Shown here: one piece after another, positions 29,745-39,423 of the stretch
Numbering within the stretch: position 1 is the first letter of the stretch
How the letters are laid out: each line of letters starts with the position of its first letter
Notes under the pieces: model-generated
The model's input: the letters and a program-made list of their open reading frames with translations, nothing else
Database searches by the model: none
What the model was told of the DNA's origin: nothing
Program-made: the position numbers and the translations under genes
Assembly (NCBI GenBank): GCA_049968235.1
Contig: JBMFRC010000004.1
Location: 128,001-192,000 of the forward strand
Direction: 5' to 3'
Origin: Candidatus Hydrogenedens sp.
GTDB lineage: Bacteria; Hydrogenedentota; Hydrogenedentia; Hydrogenedentales; Hydrogenedentaceae
Length of the DNA: 64,000 bases

Positions 29745-31037
29745 TTATTTAAACCATTCTATCTTTTTTGTTTGAATAAATTCATCTAAAAATAATTTTG
29801 CTTTAGTAAATGAATCTACAAACGGATTAATAGCAAGGGCTTTCAGTGCATAATTATACGATTTATTGACAATGGCTTCTATCATAAGTCGGTCACTTTC
29901 TTTAGCTGTTAAGAGTAGCCCCCGGAAGACTTCCGGTAATTTGGTATGGATAGAAGGTTTTAATCCTTTATTGTTTATTTCACAGGGTATTTCAATTGAT
30001 GTATCAAAAGGGAATTCGGGTAAGTAGTCTTTATTGGGAATACAAACGATATGTTCCTCTGAGCGTTGTTTTTGTAAAGCACAAATGATAGGAATGATGA
30101 TTTCGTCGTACCATAATGGATTTCGTTCATAAACAACATCAGGAATTGTTGCTATTTCGGGGTTTTTATAAATATTCAATATCTTCGATTCATGTTCGTA
30201 AAGCATCTCTGAACGAAATTGTGATTTCTTTTTTTGTTCTTTTAAATAATCACTCTTTCTTAAAAATATGTTTAAGGCTCTGGAAGGTATAATGTTAAAA
30301 GAAGAGATAAGTTGGTTATCAAACGAGGGGATATTTTCCTTTTCCAATTTATCAATAAGTTCCATCATGATGCTTTTATTGCGTAGATATACATCACAAA
30401 TTGCCCCCAGGTGGTAAAGTCCTATGTATTGAATACGAATATGCTTTTCGGAGACATTGAATAATTGTGAAATAATCTTTTTATCAGAAGTAGAGGATTC
30501 ACAAATACCAATTACCTGTTTTAACCCTGCAAATCGTGTGAGTGTTTCAACAACAAGTCCCATCGGATTGGTCATATTTATTATATAGGCTGAAGGATTT
30601 ATTGAAGATATTTTTTTACCTATCTCCAGCATTACAGGTATCGTGTAAAAAGCATTCAGAAAACTTCCGGCTCCAAAACTTTCATCACCAATTAAATCGT
30701 AGTTTACGGGTCTTTTCTCATAATCAATTCTCGCAAGAAAGCCACCTACACGGATATGGCTAAGTATTATATGAGCCCCTTCTATTCCTGTTTCTATTGA
30801 GGTAGTTTCTTTAATTCGTATAGGATATCCAATGTTATCGATCATTCTTTTACAAAACGATGCAACGATATTAAGTTTCTCTGGATTTTTACCTATTAAA
30901 ATAATTTCTTTTAATCGAACATTATTTTGCATGAGGGCTGATAAGAAAACAGGAATATAGACGCTACTTCCCCCAAGCACGGCTAATCGCGTTATCATTT
31001 TTGCGTTGTAATTTTGATTTACTTCTTTTTTCTTCAT
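29745..31037 (-). CDS. Glycoside hydrolase family 4 (NAD+/Mn2+-dependent glycosidase)
   Basis: GH4 landmarks: N-terminal Rossmann (LAVLGGSSVYIPVF), HIRVGG, IINMTNP, conserved Cys (GICE), YIGLYHLG, IEIPC. Confidence 0.65.
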   Translation of the reverse strand: MKKKEVNQNYNAKMITRLAVLGGSSVYIPVFLSALMQNNVRLKEIILIGKNPEKLNIVASFCKRMIDNIGYPIRIKETTSIETGIEGAHIILSHIRVGGFLARIDYEKRPVNYDLIGDESFGAGSFLNAFYTIPVMLEIGKKISSINPSAYIINMTNPMGLVVETLTRFAGLKQVIGICESSTSDKKIISQLFNVSEKHIRIQYIGLYHLGAICDVYLRNKSIMMELIDKLEKENIPSFDNQLISSFNIIPSRALNIFLRKSDYLKEQKKKSQFRSEMLYEHESKILNIYKNPEIATIPDVVYERNPLWYDEIIIPIICALQKQRSEEHIVCIPNKDYLPEFPFDTSIEIPCEINNKGLKPSIHTKLPEVFRGLLLTAKESDRLMIEAIVNKSYNYALKALAINPFVDSFTKAKLFLDEFIQTKKIEWFK

Positions 31038-31067
31038 TGATGCCCCTAAAATGAAGCTATATGGTAA

Positions 31068-31673
31068 TTAGAGAAGGAGTATATTGTCTGGTTCTGTAAT
31101 AGGTTCCCCTTTCTTGCATAGTTCACACTCTTCGGGTAGCCAACTTGGTAAATGAATTTCAGATAGGGAATAAAATGGTATGTCAAAGGATACATTTTTA
31201 GGATTTCTATTTACAATACACCCAATACCCACAACATCTGCACCTCTTTCCTGTAAATGTTTTATACATTTTTTCACGGAACCACCTGTTGTTGTGATAT
31301 CTTCAACTATAATTACTTTCCAACCTTTAACCAATGTGAACCCTCTTTTCATAGCCATACTGCCATCCGATTCTTTTTCGAGAAACGCAGAACGGCAATT
31401 AAGATACTTGGCTACCTCATGAGCCAGAATGATACCACCTGTAGCAGGACCTGCAACCAAATCAACCTGTAAATTTGTAAAGTATCGATATAATTCATAA
31501 CATAGTTTTTCTACAACTCTGGGATATTGTAATATGCGGGCAAATTGTAGGAACTGATTTCCATGTCTGCCACTGGCATAAACAAAATGTCCATCAAGCA
31601 ATGCTTTATGTTTAATAAACAAATCTAACACTTCTTCATTTTTCATTTTCAATTTCCTTTGTAATACGCTCAA
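31068..31673 (-). CDS. pyrE: Orotate phosphoribosyltransferase; real start probably the Met at 31646
   Basis: PRTase type I PRPP-binding loop (VIIVEDITTTGGS) and OPRTase N-terminal region; last gene of the pyr block. Confidence 0.8.
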   Translation of the reverse strand: MSVLQRKLKMKNEEVLDLFIKHKALLDGHFVYASGRHGNQFLQFARILQYPRVVEKLCYELYRYFTNLQVDLVAGPATGGIILAHEVAKYLNCRSAFLEKESDGSMAMKRGFTLVKGWKVIIVEDITTTGGSVKKCIKHLQERGADVVGIGCIVNRNPKNVSFDIPFYSLSEIHLPSWLPEECELCKKGEPITEPDNILLL

Positions 31674-32331
31674 ATGCGAAATGAGGATTTTCGGCTTTTA
31701 ATATGGGACGGGAAAGTACCAACATATTGGCACCTCGAGAAATCGCTTCTGATGGTGTCATAACTCTTGCCTGGTCATGGGTATCGGAAGCCCATACAGG
31801 GCGGACACCTGGTGTAATTAATAAAAAGTCAACACCTAATTTTTCTCGTAAAAGGGATATTTCCATAGGTGAGCATACAATTCCATGAGCACCTGATAAA
31901 AGAGCCATCTTGGCGAGATAAAATACGGTATCTTCCAGATTCCATTTAATTCCTAATTCTGTTTGTATTTGTTCTTCGGTATGGCTTGTTAAAATAGTTA
32001 CTGCAATAATCTTTGTTGGACTTCCTTCGACTGCTTCTCTTGCGTATCTTATCATTTTACTTCCGCCTAAAGCATGAACTGTTAGCATATCTACTTCAAG
32101 GCTTCGGGCTGAATGTACTGCATTTTTTACTGTATTGGGAATATCGTGATATTTTAAGTCGAGAAAAATTTTTTTATTCTTTTTTTTAAGTAAGGAAATT
32201 ACCTGAGGTCCCCATCGGGTAAATAATTGACTACCTACTTTGAACCAAACACAATTTGGACATAAATCAAGAATTTTGTGAACTTCGTCGATTGTATTAA
32301 TATCTAAACCTATAATAATTTTCTCTGACAT
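31636..32331 (-). CDS. pyrF: Orotidine 5'-phosphate decarboxylase
   Basis: IIGLD..., FLDLKYHDIPNTV (catalytic DxKxxD), C-terminal phosphate-binding region. Confidence 0.85.
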   Translation of the reverse strand: MSEKIIIGLDINTIDEVHKILDLCPNCVWFKVGSQLFTRWGPQVISLLKKKNKKIFLDLKYHDIPNTVKNAVHSARSLEVDMLTVHALGGSKMIRYAREAVEGSPTKIIAVTILTSHTEEQIQTELGIKWNLEDTVFYLAKMALLSGAHGIVCSPMEISLLREKLGVDFLLITPGVRPVWASDTHDQARVMTPSEAISRGANMLVLSRPILKAENPHFAFERITKEIENEK

Positions 32332-32346
32332 ATATCTGCTTTCTAC

Positions 32347-33279
32347 TCAATCAATAATCACAGAACCTATAAGTTTATTAATATCGTCTATACCGCTGTT
32401 AAGGCAATATTCTTTCAAGCCCTGTATTATACGAATAGGAGCCAATGGGTCACGGAATAAATAGGAACCTACTGCGACCATTGTTGCTCCTGCAATAAGG
32501 AATTCCAGAGCATCCGAAGTGGTACAAATTCCCCCCATTCCTATCACAGGGATTTTTACTATCCTACTTACATCCCAGACCATTTTTAAGGCAATGGGAC
32601 GAATAGCAGGCCCACTAAGTCCCCCTACGACATTTTTTAACTTAGGTTTTCTTGTTTTCGGGTTTATTGCCATACCCAGAAGTGTATTGATAATAGAAAT
32701 AGCATCTGCTCCCCCTTTTTCTGCCGATAAAGCAGGTTCTGTAATGTCTGTAATGTTGGGAGAGAGTTTGACAATTAGAGGCAGTTTTACACTTGAACGA
32801 ACAGCACGGGTATATTTTTCTACCCATTCTGGGGACTGTGCAATAAGTGGACATTTGAATTTATTTTTTGCATCATGGACATTGGGACATGATAAGTTCA
32901 TTTCAATAGCATCAGCACCACCTTCTTTTTCAAGGCGTTCTGCCAATTTCACATATTCATCAATGGATGTTCCATAAATATTGGCAATAATGGTGCATTT
33001 TTTCTCTCGTAAAAATGGAAGTTTACTCATTAAATAAGTTTCTATTCCGACATTTTGTAGTCCTATAGCGTTTAACATTCCGGCGGGAGTTTCTACAATA
33101 CGGGGAGGGGTATTACCCAATCGGGGGTGTAACGTAAGACTTTTTACAGTAACTGCCCCTAATTCTGATATATCGTAATATTCAGAATATTCTTCTCCGT
33201 AGCCAAAGGTTCCTGAAGATACCGTTACAGGATTTTTTAATTTAAGATTTCCTATAGTTACCTGAAGGTTAATATTCAT
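32347..33279 (-). CDS. pyrD: Dihydroorotate dehydrogenase catalytic subunit (class 1B)
   Basis: DHODH class 1 motifs (NLSCPN, GGADAISIINT, VIGMGGI). Confidence 0.85.
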   Translation of the reverse strand: MNINLQVTIGNLKLKNPVTVSSGTFGYGEEYSEYYDISELGAVTVKSLTLHPRLGNTPPRIVETPAGMLNAIGLQNVGIETYLMSKLPFLREKKCTIIANIYGTSIDEYVKLAERLEKEGGADAIEMNLSCPNVHDAKNKFKCPLIAQSPEWVEKYTRAVRSSVKLPLIVKLSPNITDITEPALSAEKGGADAISIINTLLGMAINPKTRKPKLKNVVGGLSGPAIRPIALKMVWDVSRIVKIPVIGMGGICTTSDALEFLIAGATMVAVGSYLFRDPLAPIRIIQGLKEYCLNSGIDDINKLIGSVIID

Positions 33280-33280
33280 T

Positions 33281-34081
33281 TTATTTTTCTCCGATTTTAT
33301 CCCAGAGAATTACCTGTGTATCAAATACAGGTCCTTCTTTACAGACACGAGCCATCATTTCATTTTCAATTTCCATCTTTGCAGGAAGGACGCATCCCAA
33401 GCAAACACCTTCTCCACAAGCCATTTCTGCTTCTAAAGAGGCATAACAGGTCCACTTTTTTTGTTCGCAAATTTTATGGACATTTTTAATCATTGGAAGG
33501 GGACCACATGTATATACAAGAGTTGAGTCGGGTAGATTAAGCGTTTCAAGAATATCTGTTGCAAGTCCTTTGTGTCCGGAACTTCCATCTTCAGTTACAA
33601 GGTGTAACTTACAGCCCATCTGTCGAAAATCTTTTTCACACAAGAGGTGATTATAATCTTTTCCTGCTAAAATAATTTCTGGGGCAACATCCCGAATTTT
33701 TAATATTCTCTCCACTAATGCGGGAAAGGGTGCTACGCCAATTCCCCCTGCAACAATGAGATAGTGTGAATATTCTTTCAAAATAGGAAAAGAATTTCCT
33801 AAAGGTCCCTGAATATTAATTCTTTCGCCTACGGATAATGTAGAGAGAATTTTTGTTCCTTCACCACACACTTTGTAAAGGATAGAGATACCATCTGAAA
33901 AGATACGCTCTATAGACATGGGTCTGCGTAAGAAGGGATAGTATCCCGGGGAAACTTCTAACATAACAAATTGTCCGGGTAATGACGAAATTGCAATTTC
34001 TTTGCTTTGGAGCACCATTCTGTAATGATTGGGTGCTATAAGGTTATGTAAAGTTATAAGGCATTCATGAAGTTTGTCCAT
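33281..34081 (-). CDS. pyrK: Dihydroorotate dehydrogenase electron-transfer subunit (FAD/2Fe-2S)
   Basis: Ferredoxin-reductase-like fold with C-terminal Cys cluster (CGEGVCLGCV); immediately upstream of pyrD. Confidence 0.8.
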   Translation of the reverse strand: MDKLHECLITLHNLIAPNHYRMVLQSKEIAISSLPGQFVMLEVSPGYYPFLRRPMSIERIFSDGISILYKVCGEGTKILSTLSVGERINIQGPLGNSFPILKEYSHYLIVAGGIGVAPFPALVERILKIRDVAPEIILAGKDYNHLLCEKDFRQMGCKLHLVTEDGSSGHKGLATDILETLNLPDSTLVYTCGPLPMIKNVHKICEQKKWTCYASLEAEMACGEGVCLGCVLPAKMEIENEMMARVCKEGPVFDTQVILWDKIGEK

Positions 34082-34090
34082 ATTTTTCCA

Positions 34091-35188
34091 CTACCTCCGG
34101 AATTCCAATCCCATTTGACTACGTAATAAATTTAAACTGCTCCGAATCCGTTCTGCCAGGACATCTCCAATCCCTTCGACCTCCATTAAATCTTCTTTGG
34201 AAGCGTGGAGTATTTGTTTAATTCCAACAAATTTTGCGACCAAATTTTCGATTAATGTTGATGGTAAACGGTGCGTCATTGTTAAAATCCGATAGCCGCG
34301 AGGAGTTAAATATGTATCCACAGAACGGAGGTTTGAACCATAACCTAATATTTGACTTATATTACCTAAATCCAGTAATTCGTCTTGCGTTAGCGCATGC
34401 AATTTTTCAAGAAGAGTATTATAATCTATCCCGGGACGTTCACGGTAGTAATCTTTTAACACTAATTCTGCTTCAGGGATTGGTATAAGTAATTCTTTGA
34501 GTTGCATTTGAATTAATCTACCTTCTGTCCCTAATTCAAGAATGATGGGGTGTAATTCGTCTGCAAGTCGTAATACGACCTGAGTTCTTTGTATGGTCTT
34601 ACATACATCAAAAATCGTTACGATATCTTGAAATTCCCGAAGGGTTAAGTCCTGAAGGGATTGGTTCATCGTTACCAGAAATCTTTCAATTGTTTGTAAA
34701 GATTGCATTGCACGACTTAATAAAGTAGGCAAAGGAGCCAAAACATGTTTGCGGTCGTTCACATAAATAGTAACTGAAGAACGTCGCTGAGATACAGCGA
34801 CAACAATACAATGTGCTTGTTGAGCCATTCGTTGAGCAACGCGATGTCGAGTGCCTGTTTCATCCGAAGGAATTTTGGCATTGGGTTTTAAGAAACGATT
34901 GGCATATAAAATTTTAGTCCCATCTGCATTAAGAATAATAGCCCCATCCATTTTTGATAATTCATAAATTAATTGAGGTTTTAATTCTTCGTTTAACTCT
35001 ACTCCTCCTTCGGAAAGTTGTGATAGTTTACGAGGTTCTCCAAAACAGAGCAAAGCACCCATTCCACTTTGAATTATTGCGGATAGGGCTTCTCGAATTC
35101 GACTTCCCGGTGCTACCATTTGTAATGCCTTTTTAAATAGTTCATCTGTATCAGGAATATTACTCACGAGATTTCTCCCGATTTTCAA
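34091..35188 (-). CDS. disA: DNA integrity scanning protein DisA (diadenylate cyclase + HhH DNA-binding domain)
   Basis: DAC-domain motifs DGAIILN and GTRHRVA; C-terminal helix-hairpin-helix (EGIGDVLAERI); directly downstream of radA. Confidence 0.8.
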   Translation of the reverse strand: MKIGRNLVSNIPDTDELFKKALQMVAPGSRIREALSAIIQSGMGALLCFGEPRKLSQLSEGGVELNEELKPQLIYELSKMDGAIILNADGTKILYANRFLKPNAKIPSDETGTRHRVAQRMAQQAHCIVVAVSQRRSSVTIYVNDRKHVLAPLPTLLSRAMQSLQTIERFLVTMNQSLQDLTLREFQDIVTIFDVCKTIQRTQVVLRLADELHPIILELGTEGRLIQMQLKELLIPIPEAELVLKDYYRERPGIDYNTLLEKLHALTQDELLDLGNISQILGYGSNLRSVDTYLTPRGYRILTMTHRLPSTLIENLVAKFVGIKQILHASKEDLMEVEGIGDVLAERIRSSLNLLRSQMGLEFRR

Positions 35189-36542
35189 ACAATGGATTTA
35201 GTTCTTTTATATTTTCTAAAGAAATAATTTGTAAATTTTCTGTTTTATCAGGAATATCAGACGGTTCTATTCTTGGAATTATACAGGTTTTAAATCCAAA
35301 TTTTGCAATTTCATTAAGCCGAATTCTTGCCCCATTTACTCGTCGAATCTCACCTGCCAAACCCACCTCTCCAAAAGTAATCCAATCAGGAGGGATAGGT
35401 AAATCCCAGAAACTGGATAGCATGGAAATTACAACGGGTAGGTCAACTGCAGTTTCTTCCACAAATACTCCACCGGCGACATTAACGAAGATATCTCTAT
35501 CGGAAAGGTATATACCTGCTTTCTTTTCAAGGATAGCAACCAGTAAGGCTATTCTTTGGCTATTTAAGCCCATTATACCTCTGCGGGGTTGAGGAATTCG
35601 GCTTTTGCCTACCAGGGATTGAATTTCCACTAGTAAGGGGCGAGAACCTCCAACCATAGGGAATACGATAGAACCACTTACACCCATAGATCTTTCCTGT
35701 AAAAAGATAGCACTGGGGTCTGCTATTTCTTTTAATCCTTCACAACACATCTCAAATACACCGATTTCATGTGTGGAGCCAAATCGGTTTTTTATGGCTC
35801 GTAATACTCTCAGGGAATGTTTCCCTTCCCCTTCAAAATAAAGGACGGTATCTACAATATGTTCTAAGACTTTCGGACCTGCAATATATCCTTCTTTGGT
35901 AATATGCCCAATGATAATCATGGGAACATTTATTTGTTTTGCCTTCTGGACCAATTCATAAGTGCATTCGCGAACCTGTGTAATACTGCCAGGTAGAGAA
36001 TCTACATCTGGATTGCTAATACTCTGAATAGAATCGATAATAACCAGGGAATACTGATTTGTATCTATACTTGAAAGGATATCTGACATATCCGTTGATG
36101 GGAACATAAATAAATCTGGATGGATTGCATTTACCCTTTGTGCCCGTTCTTTTACTTGATGAAAGGATTCTTCTCCATGTATATATAATACAGGTCCATT
36201 AATTCTTGCCCATAAACCCGCCGTCTGTATAACTAATGTGGATTTTCCTATACCGGGTTCTCCGCCAATCAATATAACTGCTCCCTGAATAATTCCTCCT
36301 CCAACAACTCGGTCAAATTCTTTTATGCCGGTTGGTATTTTTTTTGATTGCTCTTCGAGATGATTCTTTTCAAAAATAGAAATAGGCTGAATATCTACTC
36401 TTTTTTGTTTATTTTTTGAAGAATTTGTAGTGATTTTTTCTAAAAAAGGGTTCCATGATTCGCATTGAGGGCATTTGCCAAGCCATTTGGGTGATTCAAA
36501 ACCACATTCGGAACATTCGTAAATTTTTTTCTCATGTGCCAT
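35160..36542 (-). CDS. radA: DNA repair protein RadA (Sms)
   Basis: N-terminal C4 zinc finger, RecA-like Walker A GEPGIGKST, KNRFG motif, C-terminal Lon-like domain. Confidence 0.9.
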   Translation of the reverse strand: MAHEKKIYECSECGFESPKWLGKCPQCESWNPFLEKITTNSSKNKQKRVDIQPISIFEKNHLEEQSKKIPTGIKEFDRVVGGGIIQGAVILIGGEPGIGKSTLVIQTAGLWARINGPVLYIHGEESFHQVKERAQRVNAIHPDLFMFPSTDMSDILSSIDTNQYSLVIIDSIQSISNPDVDSLPGSITQVRECTYELVQKAKQINVPMIIIGHITKEGYIAGPKVLEHIVDTVLYFEGEGKHSLRVLRAIKNRFGSTHEIGVFEMCCEGLKEIADPSAIFLQERSMGVSGSIVFPMVGGSRPLLVEIQSLVGKSRIPQPRRGIMGLNSQRIALLVAILEKKAGIYLSDRDIFVNVAGGVFVEETAVDLPVVISMLSSFWDLPIPPDWITFGEVGLAGEIRRVNGARIRLNEIAKFGFKTCIIPRIEPSDIPDKTENLQIISLENIKELNPLFENREKSRE

Positions 36543-36568
36543 CGTTGTAAAATCTTATTGTTTTAATT

Positions 36569-36595
36569 GATATTATTTGCCATCTAAATAATATC
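36569..36595. promoter_or_regulatory. 10-bp perfect inverted repeat (gatattattt-N7-aaataatatc) in the radA / PLP-decarboxylase divergent promoter region
   Basis: Seen in sequence; AT-rich so chance occurrence is plausible. Confidence 0.2.
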
Positions 36596-36637
36596 GAATT
36601 TTTATGCTATATCCCAACTGAAAAGAAAGGGTTGTAA

Positions 36638-37891
36638 ATGGACCAATTATTTTTTTTAACTGAACAAGAGGTTTTGTATATCAAAAATAATTACGGGACA
36701 CCTATTTTTATTTATGATGAGAAGACGATGTTTCAAAAGGCACAAGAGGTATTATCATTTCCGCATGCCTTTGGTTTTACTGCCCGTTTTGCAATGAAAG
36801 CACTTCCAACACGTAAAATCCTACAAAAATTTCATATGTGGGGACTTCATATAGATGCAAGTAGTGGTTATGAAGCGGAACGAGCAATTAAAGCAGGCAT
36901 CCCTCCATCTCATATCCAAATTACAGCACAACAAATTCCTTACAACTTAAAAGAGTTGGTGGAACAGGGAGTTTTATATAATGCATGTTCCATTCAACAG
37001 TTAAAAGTATATGGAGAAATGTTCCCGGGTACAGAGGTCTGTGTTCGAATCAATCCCGGATTGGGTTCGGGTTCTTCTAATCGCACAAATGTAGGTGGAC
37101 CATCAGCCAGTTTTGGTATATGGCATGAATATCTAAATCGTGTATATACGGTAGCAGATGAATATAGGTTAAAAATTACAGGTATGCACACCCATATAGG
37201 GTCGGGGTCGGACCCGGAAGTTTGGGTTCGCTGTGCTCATTTAGCATTAGAAACTGCTGGGAAAATGCCTGATGTTCGGAGGATTAGCCTCGGTGGAGGA
37301 TATAAAGTTGCGCGTATGTCTGATGAAAAAACAGCAAATTTACAGGAAATAGGAAATAGAATATTGCCTGCGTTTTTTGAGTTTGAAAAGAAACACGGCA
37401 GGAAATTGCATTTAGAGATAGAACCTGGAACATACCTTGTTGCAAATGCAGGTTCACTTTTATGCAGTGTAATTGATGTGGTCGATACAGGAAGTACAGG
37501 GTATCGATTCATTAAAATAGATTCGGGGATGACAGAAAATGTTCGTCCCAGCATGTATGGTGCATTACATCCTTTAATAGTTGTGCCTTATGAAAAAGAT
37601 AGTCAACGGGATAAATATTCGTATATTGTTTCAGGACATTGTTGTGAAAGTGGCGATATATTTACACCTCAACGAGGAGACCCTGAAAGCCTTGAACCCA
37701 GGGAATTATTAGAAGCAAAGATAGGAGATGTTTTAGTTGTAGAGGGGGCTGGAGCATATTGCTCAAGCCAATCTTGTAAAAACTACAATTCCTTCCCTGA
37801 ATGCGGAGAATTATTACGAATAGCGCCGTTTGAATTTGAATGGATAAGAAAGCCTCAGACATTAGAACAAATGATTCAAAATGAAGTATAA
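36638..37891 (+). CDS. PLP-dependent decarboxylase of the Orn/DAP/Arg decarboxylase family 2 (LysA-like)
   Basis: Alanine-racemase-fold N-terminus with PLP-lysine region (FAMKALP), HIGSG motif, C-terminal beta-sandwich with EPGR and conserved Cys region (GHCCESGD). Confidence 0.7.
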   Translation: MDQLFFLTEQEVLYIKNNYGTPIFIYDEKTMFQKAQEVLSFPHAFGFTARFAMKALPTRKILQKFHMWGLHIDASSGYEAERAIKAGIPPSHIQITAQQIPYNLKELVEQGVLYNACSIQQLKVYGEMFPGTEVCVRINPGLGSGSSNRTNVGGPSASFGIWHEYLNRVYTVADEYRLKITGMHTHIGSGSDPEVWVRCAHLALETAGKMPDVRRISLGGGYKVARMSDEKTANLQEIGNRILPAFFEFEKKHGRKLHLEIEPGTYLVANAGSLLCSVIDVVDTGSTGYRFIKIDSGMTENVRPSMYGALHPLIVVPYEKDSQRDKYSYIVSGHCCESGDIFTPQRGDPESLEPRELLEAKIGDVLVVEGAGAYCSSQSCKNYNSFPECGELLRIAPFEFEWIRKPQTLEQMIQNEV

Positions 37892-37911
37892 AACAGGATA
37901 AGGATACATAT

Positions 37912-38691
37912 ATGACACATCGAACTGCTTTGGTTACGGGTGCCAGCAGAGGGATTGGAAAAGGGATTGTTCTTACATTAGCAAAACAGGGATATAACAT
38001 AATTGCCATAGCCAGAAACCCGGAAGGACTTCGATTGCTACAAAAGGAAATAGAAGAAAACTATCATGTAAAATGTTTCCCATTTTCTCTTGATATTGGG
38101 GACTTAAATGAACAGGAGTTATGGTTTTCCAATCATTTTCCAACCTTACCCGAAATTGATATTCTTGTGAATAATGCAGGCATAGCACCTGATAGACGTT
38201 CTGACATTTTAGAATGTTCCATAGAAAGTTATGAGAAGGTTCTTAATACAAATTTAAAAGGTGTTTTCTTCTTTACCCAAAAAATTGCCCAACGAATGGT
38301 CACTTTCATACAAAAGGGTATTAAAGAAGGGTATAAACCTCGTATTATCTTTATAACCAGTATTTCTGCGATAACTGCTTCGCCCAACCGGGCTGAATAT
38401 TGCATTAGTAAAGCAGGTTTAAGCATGGCTTCTCAACTTTATGCTGTCCGTCTCGCAGAGTATAATATACCTGTATTTGAAATACGCCCTGGCATAATTA
38501 TGACGGATATGACCGAACCTGTTCGTTCCAAATATGATACATTAATTGAACGAGGTTTATTGCTTCAAAAACGATGGGGAAAGCCTGAAGATGTAGCCAA
38601 TTGTGTTAAATCTATTGCGGAAGGAAATTTTGACTATGCTACAGGGTCTATTTTTGAAATTAGTGGGGGTTTTAGCATTTTAAGATTATAA
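37912..38691 (+). CDS. Short-chain dehydrogenase/reductase (SDR)
   Basis: TGASRGIGKG cofactor motif, NNAG, catalytic YxxxK (YCISK). Confidence 0.8.
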   Translation: MTHRTALVTGASRGIGKGIVLTLAKQGYNIIAIARNPEGLRLLQKEIEENYHVKCFPFSLDIGDLNEQELWFSNHFPTLPEIDILVNNAGIAPDRRSDILECSIESYEKVLNTNLKGVFFFTQKIAQRMVTFIQKGIKEGYKPRIIFITSISAITASPNRAEYCISKAGLSMASQLYAVRLAEYNIPVFEIRPGIIMTDMTEPVRSKYDTLIERGLLLQKRWGKPEDVANCVKSIAEGNFDYATGSIFEISGGFSILRL

Positions 38692-38693
38692 AA

Positions 38694-39380
38694 TTGATTA
38701 AAGGTGAATGTGTTATGAATATTAAACGACACGAATTGGCACAAATGATTGACCATACGCTTCTCCGTCCTTACGCAAGTGAGGATGATATAAGGATTTT
38801 ATGTCAGGAAGCAAAAGAAAATAATTTTTATGCAGTAAGTATTAACCCTACATGGACAAAGTTATGTGCCCAGTTACTCAAGGATACCCCTGTGAAAGTA
38901 GATGTGTGTGTGGGCTTCCCTTTAGGGGCAACTACGGCACATATTAAAGTGGCGGAAACTGCGGAAGCCATTAAAAACGGTGCTCAAGAAATCGATATGG
39001 TGATTAATATTGGTGCCTTAAAATCAGGATTTACTGCTTATGTTGAAAAAGAAATTGCTATCGTGGTTAAGACTGCTGGCACTGTTCCCGTAAAAGTTAT
39101 TTTAGAAACGAGTTATTTGAGTAATGATGAAAAAGTTGCCGTCTGCGAAATGGCAATACGCACAGGAGCAAAGTTTGTAAAAACTTCTACTGGTTACGGA
39201 ACTAAAGGGGCAACGGTGGAGGATGTTCAACTGTTGCGAAAAGCAGTGGGAAATTTTTTGGGTGTTAAGGCTGCAGGAGGTATACGGACTTATGGAGAAG
39301 CAGTGGCTATGATAGAAGCGGGGGCTAATCGTATTGGTACAAGCACAAGTTTAGATATTTTACAGGACGCCCCATTATAA
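38694..39380 (+). CDS. deoC: Deoxyribose-phosphate aldolase (DERA/DeoC family)
   Basis: DeoC pattern IDHTLL, Schiff-base lysine in FVKTSTGY, VKAAGGIRT. Confidence 0.75.
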   Translation: MIKGECVMNIKRHELAQMIDHTLLRPYASEDDIRILCQEAKENNFYAVSINPTWTKLCAQLLKDTPVKVDVCVGFPLGATTAHIKVAETAEAIKNGAQEIDMVINIGALKSGFTAYVEKEIAIVVKTAGTVPVKVILETSYLSNDEKVAVCEMAIRTGAKFVKTSTGYGTKGATVEDVQLLRKAVGNFLGVKAAGGIRTYGEAVAMIEAGANRIGTSTSLDILQDAPL

Positions 39381-39423
39381 TTTCTATATCAAAAATTACA
39401 TTATTCAACAGAGGAGGTAAGAT

